Shown piece after piece: positions 16,322 to 21,805 of a DNA stretch of 21,805 nucleotides. A program made the position numbers and the translations under genes. Each line of letters starts with the position of its first letter. Position 1 is the stretch's first letter. The notes under the pieces are model-generated. The model was not told where the DNA came from. It saw nothing but the letters and a program-made list of their open reading frames with translations, and searched no databases. Where the stretch lies: positions 1-21,805 of the forward strand of contig JAKQQL010000171.1 in NCBI GenBank assembly GCA_029564175.1. The letters run 5' to 3'. The stretch is from Candidatus Cloacimonadota bacterium. GTDB lineage: Bacteria; Cloacimonadota; Cloacimonadia; Cloacimonadales; WRIO01.

Positions 16322-16527
16322 AAGTTGTCTCCTTATATCCATAATCTCATTCTTGTTAATCATGATATTTGTAAATATCGGGTTTCGTCAAGTTTTTTTT
16401 AATAAATATATCATTTTTTTTCTAAGAGACTGCCCAAAAAATAGAAACAAGCATTCTATTTGAGTAGCGTAAACCGATTAACAATGTACCTCAACCAGAG
16501 GTGCGGAGACTGTATTTAATCAGAATC

Positions 16528-16643
16528 AGGGGCGTTAGCCCTGTGTTCTTCGTATAAAAGACAGGCAGTTAAACCGTATTAAGGGGCGTCAGCCCTGTGA
16601 TCTTCGTAGGAATTCTGCTAAACGAACGGGATGATCGTTCTAC
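16528..16643. repeat. REP-like repeats
   Basis: Two direct copies of AGGGGCGT(T/C)AGCCCTGTG(T/A)TCTTCGTA near 16529 and 16582, plus minus-strand GTAGAACGATCATCCCGTTCGTT (16621-16643). Confidence 0.65.
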
Positions 16644-16818
16644 AATTTCATAATATGCATATATCTTGCTGGCACAGTGTATGTTAGCCTTTACATCAAC
16701 AAATTTTTTTTCTGTTTTTTAAAAAAATTTCAATCTTTTTCCCAAAAAAGTTCATTTTGTCCAGTGTATATATATAGAGGGTGCACCACTCAGAAAACAA
16801 ATTGATAAGGAGATAAAC

Positions 16819-17262
16819 ATGAAAGTTTACCTGAAGAAAAACATTACTGCATACTCCGGCAAAGATGGAGAAGAGGATGTGGTTTACTCATCCCACAATC
16901 AAGGAAATGTCTGTATTGCCAGAAATTACACCAAACCGACTCAAACCCCTCAGCACCTAATCTTTAAAGCAAATGCCGATGCTATCAGATCAATCTGGTC
17001 TCAGGCAACCGCTCTTTTCAAGGATGATTTAAAAATTTATGCCAAACTGTTGAATGAAAATTATCCTGATAAAATCAAAGCAACCTGCTATTCCATATTT
17101 ATCAAAATCCTATATGCTTACGCAGAATCTGAGGGTGTAAATGTCAGCACTTTAGATATTGCCACTATCCGTACTTCAGTTGTAAAAAGTGTTAAATCCG
17201 CTATGGATAACAATTTCATATCTAAAGTCGAAACAACCTCTGCACTGGACAATGTCATCTAA
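16819..17262 (+). CDS. Hypothetical protein resembling DUF6266-like/HMG-box-like small phage-associated proteins
   Basis: 147 aa with strong RBS TAAGGAG. Pattern YSGK..VVY..IARNYTKP.QT.Q...F......W......K.....YA......YSIFIK; family assignment is from recalled similarity only. Confidence 0.8.
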   Translation: MKVYLKKNITAYSGKDGEEDVVYSSHNQGNVCIARNYTKPTQTPQHLIFKANADAIRSIWSQATALFKDDLKIYAKLLNENYPDKIKATCYSIFIKILYAYAESEGVNVSTLDIATIRTSVVKSVKSAMDNNFISKVETTSALDNVI

Positions 17263-17270
17263 TCAAGCGT

Positions 17271-17301
17271 TCAGGGGGGTATTTGCCTCCCTGATTTTTT
17301 T
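17271..17301 (+). terminator. Rho-independent terminator
   Basis: TCAGGGGGGT-ATTT-GCCTCCCTGA hairpin followed by TTTTTTT, 8 nt after the stop. Confidence 0.75.
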
Positions 17302-17363
17302 CTTCATGCTGACGCTTAACAACCCAAATCAATTTATCTATGAGCATTAGAAAGGAGCCTCAA

Positions 17364-17576
17364 ATGTTACCTGAAAACTACCTGGTGTTTATTCTGAATT
17401 TGTTACCTTATGATAAAATTGCCTATATCATTATCCAATTACTCAAACAAATCGCAGCCAGAACGGATAATCAGCTCGATGATATGCTGGTCAGTATTAT
17501 TGAGAATATTCTGAAAAATGCATTTAATATCAGAGATGAACAAAATGACAGCCGATCACTACCTGATCTTCATTGA
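17364..17576 (+). CDS. Small phage-like hypothetical protein (TDNxxDD motif)
   Basis: ATG 17364 with RBS AAAGGAG (70 aa); hydrophobic N-terminus followed by LLKQIAARTDNQLDDMLVSII. Confidence 0.7.
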   Translation: MLPENYLVFILNLLPYDKIAYIIIQLLKQIAARTDNQLDDMLVSIIENILKNAFNIRDEQNDSRSLPDLH

Positions 17577-17736
17577 ATATGCCTTATGGCCAATACTGCT
17601 TGGGGTTTTGTGCTACCTCTGGAGAGACCTGACCAGTCGCGTAAAATCTATTGAAAATCGCAGTATTCGTATCGAAAAAGATTTGGTAAGAATCAGCACT
17701 ATTCTGGAAAATTATCAGACTAAAGACCATACATGA
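17536..17736 (+). CDS. Single-TM coiled-coil small protein (holin/XhlA-like architecture)
   Basis: YALWPILLGVLCYLW TM segment followed by heptad-like RVKSIENRSIRIEKDLVRISTILE; overlaps the upstream gene; start could be 17536 or 17545. Confidence 0.6.
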   Translation: MNKMTADHYLIFIEYALWPILLGVLCYLWRDLTSRVKSIENRSIRIEKDLVRISTILENYQTKDHT

Positions 17737-17926
17737 GTCAGCTATAAAAACTCTATATTATGAAAGAAAGATTAATTTTAAAATGAAAAAATATATAAAA
17801 ATCCAGGAAAGTAATTTAAAATGCCATTTTTAAAGCCTTGTTTTTCGTGCTTTTAGTGTATTTTGTGGTTCATTAGCTTTTTATAGTGAACTCATACATA
17901 GATGCACAATTTAACAGTTTTTGAAT

Positions 17927-17950
17927 AAATCCCCTTTTATAAGGGGATTT
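17927..17950. terminator. Perfect hairpin, probable terminator
   Basis: AAATCCCCTT-TTAT-AAGGGGATTT. Confidence 0.6.
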
Positions 17951-17954
17951 TGAT

Positions 17955-17982
17955 TTGACAAATATAAGAACAATAATATCAT
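17955..17982 (+). promoter_or_regulatory. sigma70-type promoter of the flavoprotein gene
   Basis: TTGACA (17955-17960), 16 nt, TATCAT (17977-17982). Confidence 0.55.
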
Positions 17983-18047
17983 TGCGATAATAGGAATGAT
18001 GAAGCATTTATAATATGATTCATCAAAAAACAATAAAGGGATAAACC

Positions 18048-19271
18048 ATGTACGATCTGATCATTATCGGTGCCGGTGCTGCAGGGTTATTTGCAGGTGC
18101 GTATGCAGGCCTTAACTTCTCAAACAAAAAGATCATGATACTTGAAAAAAACTCAAAGCCGGCTTCAAAATTAATGATTTCTGGTAACGGACAATGCAAT
18201 TTTACCCATGAAGGTAGCCCTGAAGATTTCATCAAACATTACGGAGATAAAGGCAAAAGTATCAAACATGTGCTTTATGACTTTGATTATCAAAAACTGG
18301 TCAGTTGGATGAATCAGATCAATATCCCTGCCCTGGTCAGAGAAGATGGAAAAGTCTTTCCCGAAAGCCTCAAGGCAGAAGAAATCAGAGATGCTTTTCT
18401 GAAAATCATTGATCAGGCTAAAATCGAACTCAAACTGAGTCAGAATATCACTCAGATACTCCCTGAAAATGAAGCTTTTTATATCGTTACCACACGAACC
18501 AGATATCAGACGAAACGCATTTTATGGTGTACAGGAGGCAAATCCTGGCTTTTGACTGGAAACAACTGGAATAGCTATGACTTACTGGAATCCATTGATA
18601 TTCAGATCAATCCTATGAAACCTGCCCTTTGCCCGCCTCTTATTAAAAATTTCCATTATGCCAGCCTGATGGGTATCAGTTTTAAAAATATACCCATGAC
18701 GCTGAAAAAAGCAGATCATAAAAAGAAACAATTCAGGGGCGATATGCTTTTCACACATTTTGGGGTTTCAGGTCCTCTTATTCTGGATGCCTCCCGTTAC
18801 TACGAGCCAGGAGATAAACTGATCTTTAATTTCAGCCCTTTTTTAAAATTTGATGACTTCCAAAAAGACTTTGTCATGCTCATCAAAAGAAATCCAAGAA
18901 AAATCATCAAAAATCTGCTCGCCTATTATCCTATACCAGCTGCTCTGGTTTTGTTGATTATGCAAGATCTAAATATTCAAAACAATCAGGATGTTTACGG
19001 TATATCTAATCTTAAACTGGATAAATTACTCCATGCTATATTTGCTTTTGAACTGGAAATAGAAAATATCGGCTCCTTCAATATGGCAATGGCAACCAAT
19101 GGTGGCGTTTCTCTCAAACAAGTGAACAGCAAAACTATGGAATCAAAAATTCATAAAGGATTATACTTCGCAGGCGAAGTTCTGGATGTTGATGGTGATA
19201 CTGGAGGATACAACATACACTTTGCTTTCGCCTCTGCTAAAGTAGCTGTCGAACAAATGTTTAAGGCTTAG
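18048..19271 (+). CDS. NAD(P)/FAD-dependent oxidoreductase, HI0933/YhiN/BaiN family
   Basis: IIGAGAAG, KLMISGNGQCNFT, GDMLFTHFGVSGP, TNGGV, GLYFAGEVLDVDGDTGGYN. Confidence 0.93.
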   Translation: MYDLIIIGAGAAGLFAGAYAGLNFSNKKIMILEKNSKPASKLMISGNGQCNFTHEGSPEDFIKHYGDKGKSIKHVLYDFDYQKLVSWMNQINIPALVREDGKVFPESLKAEEIRDAFLKIIDQAKIELKLSQNITQILPENEAFYIVTTRTRYQTKRILWCTGGKSWLLTGNNWNSYDLLESIDIQINPMKPALCPPLIKNFHYASLMGISFKNIPMTLKKADHKKKQFRGDMLFTHFGVSGPLILDASRYYEPGDKLIFNFSPFLKFDDFQKDFVMLIKRNPRKIIKNLLAYYPIPAALVLLIMQDLNIQNNQDVYGISNLKLDKLLHAIFAFELEIENIGSFNMAMATNGGVSLKQVNSKTMESKIHKGLYFAGEVLDVDGDTGGYNIHFAFASAKVAVEQMFKA

Positions 19272-19303
19272 ATAACAAAAAGGGGCAACTCCTTCTTAAA
19301 ACC

Positions 19304-19511
19304 GTACTGCAAGCATCTTGCTTGTAGAAACATTCTCTCGTACTGTAAGCATCTTGCTTGTAGAAACATTGTCTCGTACTACAAGCATCTTGCTTGTAGA
19401 AACATTCTCTCGTACTGTAAGCATCTTGCTTGCAGCTTCGTTCAAGCGGGACGCTTGTAGTACGGGTATTGACGAAGAATTATCAAAACAAGCTGGTAGC
19501 TTGTCCTACAA
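19304..19511. repeat. Tandem array of GTAC-foot REP-like palindromes (36-bp period) closed by inverted copies
   Basis: GTACT(G/A)(C/T)AAGCATCTTGCTTG(T/C)AG at 19304, 19340, 19376 and 19412 with near-identical linkers AAACATT(C/G)TCTC; inverted CAAGCGGGACGCTTGTAGTAC (ending 19463) and ACAAGCTGGTAGCTTGTCCTAC. Confidence 0.88.
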
Positions 19512-19698
19512 CATAACGGATTTTAATAAAGGCGCATATAAAGAACTACCGTCACGCAAATATTACATTTACTTTAACAAGCAAAGACTTATGAAGGTGA
19601 AATCCCCTTTCTTCAATTTATTAAATACTGTTGTTCGCTTTAAAGGCCTAAAAATTGAACAGTCTCTGACAAAAAGGCTAAAAAATTCAAGATAATTC

Positions 19699-19750
19699 TT
19701 GACGAAAATAACAACGTACACAATAATGCATTATATGAGATATTTTCTCA
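19699..19750 (+). promoter_or_regulatory. Putative promoter plus operator-like palindrome TGAGA-N5-TCTCA
   Basis: TTGACG 19699-19704, AATAAT 17 nt later, then TATGAGA-TATTT-TCTCATA (core 19736-19750). Confidence 0.45.
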
Positions 19751-19773
19751 TAATATACAGATAGGAAGTGCTA

Positions 19774-21075
19774 ATGCTGGTTCGTTTTACTGTGTCCAAT
19801 TGTTTGTCCTTCAGTAATAAAGCCAGTCTTGAAATGTTTTCATCTGCTAACAGAGACTTAAAAGTTCAGGTATGGAAAAGCAATAGCCGTCATATTCCAG
19901 GAATACTAAGATCAGCCTTTATTTTTGGTCCTAATGCATCAGGAAAATCAAATCTAATAAAGATCATAGACTATGCCCGATCAGTCATATTGGGAGAGAG
20001 TAATCCCCTTGGCAAACGAACCAAGTATTTTAAACTAAATCCTGACAATGAAAAAAAGCCTTCATCCTTTGAATTTGAAATTCTGATAGATAAAAGCATT
20101 TTCAGATTTGGATTTTCTGTCTATGAAGACATCATTTCAGAAGAATATCTTTATCAAATCATTTCAACAGGCGAGCAATTAATTTATAAACGCCGTTATG
20201 ATAAAACAACTAAAAACAGCATTGAATTTGGAGACAATTTTTCTTCGTATAGAGAAGACAAATTCCTGGACTTTATTTTAAAAGGAGTACCTTCTAACAG
20301 ATTGTTTTTATCAGAGACAGTTATAAGGAATGTTACTTATTTCCAGAACATCTTTGACTGGTTTAAAAAAATGGTAGTCATTTATCCGGATTCTAAATTT
20401 CACAAGTTAAACATCCTGCTTGATAACGATGAACTGATAAAGAAGTATGAAGAAATGTTGAAGCTCTGTGATACAGGTATCAGCCATGTAAGTATTGATC
20501 AGGTTGATGCTGATGAGCTGTTTGATAAAATACCACCGGAAATCAGAGAAAAGACAAACAACGAGAGCTTTGAAAGCCTCAGTCTGATATCTGATGAGCG
20601 CTATGGCATCAATTTTAAGAATGGCGTAAATTCTGCCTATAAAATCAAAATCAATCACACAATCCCTTCCGGTAAGGAAAAAGTCAGCTTCAACATACAC
20701 GAAGAGTCGGATGGCACAAACAGATTATTTGATTTAATCCCTATTTTGGATATGATCTTTCAGGATGCCGTTATCATAGTGGATGAATTGGACAGGAGCC
20801 TGCATCCGCTTGTAAGCAGATTCTTTATTGAAACATTTTTCAGAACTAATCAGAACAACAAAGCACAGTTGATTGTAACAACTCATGACGCTACTCTGCT
20901 TGATGTAAGTCTTTTAAGAAGAGACAGTATCTGGTTTGTAAAAAAGAATCATGAAATGTCCTCTGTCCTTTATTCATTGGAAGAATACAAGAAAGTAAGA
21001 AACGACAAGGCTTTGCAAAAAGCTTATCTGGCAGGTTTGTATGGTGCTATACCATTAATCAGGGATAAGGTATAA
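19774..21075 (+). CDS. Second RloA/AbiLi-like ABC-type ATPase (AAA_21)
   Basis: MLVRFTVSN start (ATG 19774; GTG 19768 alternative), GPNASGKS, ESDGT, IIVDELD, VTTHD, C-terminal YLAGLYGAIP. Confidence 0.92.
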   Translation: MLVRFTVSNCLSFSNKASLEMFSSANRDLKVQVWKSNSRHIPGILRSAFIFGPNASGKSNLIKIIDYARSVILGESNPLGKRTKYFKLNPDNEKKPSSFEFEILIDKSIFRFGFSVYEDIISEEYLYQIISTGEQLIYKRRYDKTTKNSIEFGDNFSSYREDKFLDFILKGVPSNRLFLSETVIRNVTYFQNIFDWFKKMVVIYPDSKFHKLNILLDNDELIKKYEEMLKLCDTGISHVSIDQVDADELFDKIPPEIREKTNNESFESLSLISDERYGINFKNGVNSAYKIKINHTIPSGKEKVSFNIHEESDGTNRLFDLIPILDMIFQDAVIIVDELDRSLHPLVSRFFIETFFRTNQNNKAQLIVTTHDATLLDVSLLRRDSIWFVKKNHEMSSVLYSLEEYKKVRNDKALQKAYLAGLYGAIPLIRDKV

Positions 21076-21076
21076 A

Positions 21077-21628
21077 ATGACACTTTATAAGCGTAAGAGC
21101 CAGAAAATCACTCCAAAGAGAATTTTTATTTGTACTGAAGGATCTGTGACTGAACCAAGATATTTCAATGATTTTATTGAATATTTCCGTATTTCCCAAG
21201 CTCATGTTATAGTAATTCCACGGGAAGATTCTTTGTCAAGCCCCAGTCAAATCATTGACAAAGTAAATCAATTTGTTAAAGAACAGAAAGTAAACAAAAA
21301 ATTTATTCAGGGTGATGAATTTTGGTTAGTACTTGATACAGACAGCTGGGGACCCAACCTCCATGAAACAATTGATGATGCTGTTCGAAGAAAATATAAA
21401 CATGCTGTTTCAAATCCATGCTTTGAAATCTGGTTTTTACTGCATTATAAAACTTCCAATGAAATCATATCAGAGATTGACCGCTTTGACACAAAATCTT
21501 CAATTAATATGGCTTTGCACCAGTATCCTATTTCTGGGTTAAACAAGACAGATTATATTCCTAAAACTGATGAACTCGTAATTAATCAGTACAAAAAAAA
21601 ATCAAATTTTCTGAAAATATATGATTAA
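21077..21628 (+). CDS. rloB: Second RloB family protein, probably 3'-truncated by an IS
   Basis: ICTEGSVTEPRYF, WLVLDTD, SNPCFEIWFLLHY. It lacks the C-terminal A..RA...(NP)ST...L segment that the other RloB retains as NAIRNAK...GSTIFEII. Confidence 0.8.
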   Translation: MTLYKRKSQKITPKRIFICTEGSVTEPRYFNDFIEYFRISQAHVIVIPREDSLSSPSQIIDKVNQFVKEQKVNKKFIQGDEFWLVLDTDSWGPNLHETIDDAVRRKYKHAVSNPCFEIWFLLHYKTSNEIISEIDRFDTKSSINMALHQYPISGLNKTDYIPKTDELVINQYKKKSNFLKIYD

Positions 21629-21805
21629 ACAGCAAATTCAAAATTGTAACCCCTAATTTTTGAAAATTTGAAGTTAAACAAGACCTTTTTTAAGTAAAAA
21701 TCACTAAAAATTATGATCATATCCTTCCATACCTTATTTTTTGATACTCTATAGATATTAATGAATAATGCTTTTAAACTTTGAGACATGGACATCTTTT
21801 GATTT
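21569..21805 (-). mobile_element. Putative end of a DDE insertion sequence (IS1182/IS5-like)
   Basis: GATGAACTCGTAA at 21569 resembles recalled IS/MITE termini and lies about 55 nt beyond the stop of a transposase-like C-terminus. Confidence 0.5.
21625..21804 (-). CDS. C-terminal fragment of a probable DDE transposase entering from outside the window
   Basis: Hand translation NQKMSMSQSLKALFINIYRVSKNKVWKDMIIIFSDFYLKKVLFNFKFSKIRGYNFEFAV*. K......LKA..INI.R fits the segment following the RxRG motif of such transposases. Confidence 0.5.
   Translation of the reverse strand, partial: NQKMSMSQSLKALFINIYRVSKNKVWKDMIIIFSDFYLKKVLFNFKFSKIRGYNFEFAV

Noticed and set aside
17265..17317. Antiterminator/riboswitch from AAGCGTTCAG pairing with CTGACGCTT
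   Set aside because: It competes with only the outer 4 bp of the terminator and its 3' arm lies beyond the U tract, so it cannot pre-empt termination.
19304..19435. CRISPR array (36-bp periodic palindromic repeats)
   Set aside because: Linkers are only ~12 nt and nearly identical, there are no unique spacers or cas genes, and the units match dispersed REP-like elements.
19318..19695. 125-aa ORF with SILLVETFSRT repeats
   Set aside because: It is a read-through of the 36-bp REP tandem with a TTG start and no RBS.
51..21542. Short antisense/overlapping ORFs (51, 1379, 3166, 4675, 5175, 5902, 6301, 9408, 9878, 10059, 10884-14623 set, 15692, 16167, 18023, 20407, 21333)
   Set aside because: They are shadows of well-supported genes or repeats, with no motifs or RBS.
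21593..21601. Phase variation of rloB at the A9 tract
   Set aside because: Both alternative frames reach TGA within a few codons and restore no RloB C-terminus; IS truncation explains it better.

Overview
AT-rich bacterial window. The C-terminal QNFPNPFNPET (FlgD-Ig/T9SS-like) domain and the 147-aa protein family suggest Cloacimonadota or a related FCB-type lineage (inference). Both ends run into insertion sequences the ORF track missed: the N-terminus of a DUF4338/IS4-type transposase on the left, and on the right the C-terminus of a DDE transposase whose end appears to truncate an rloB gene. From left to right the window holds a secreted hypothetical protein; an AT-rich defence patch (RloA-like ATPase + RloB, a decayed HExxH metallopeptidase fragment with small phage-like partner ORFs, and a BcgI-like fused restriction-methylase with a two-TRD specificity frame); a C-GCAxxG-C-C protein; a ~1400-aa repeat-rich surface protein; a dihydropyrimidinase-like amidohydrolase with Asp->Asn at the catalytic position; an orphan three-gene phage-like cassette; a HI0933/BaiN flavoprotein; and a second RloA/RloB pair. 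Intergenic DNA is dense in REP-like palindromes, including tandem arrays that are not CRISPR. The strongest observation is that the R-M specificity frame has no standard start codon for its first TRD and is joined to the R-M gene by a complete -1 ribosomal frameshift signal: internal SD-like sequence, G_GGA_AAA heptamer abutting the stop, 5-nt spacer and 12-bp hairpin. This predicts both a 678-aa RM and a ~1048-aa RM-S fusion from one locus.
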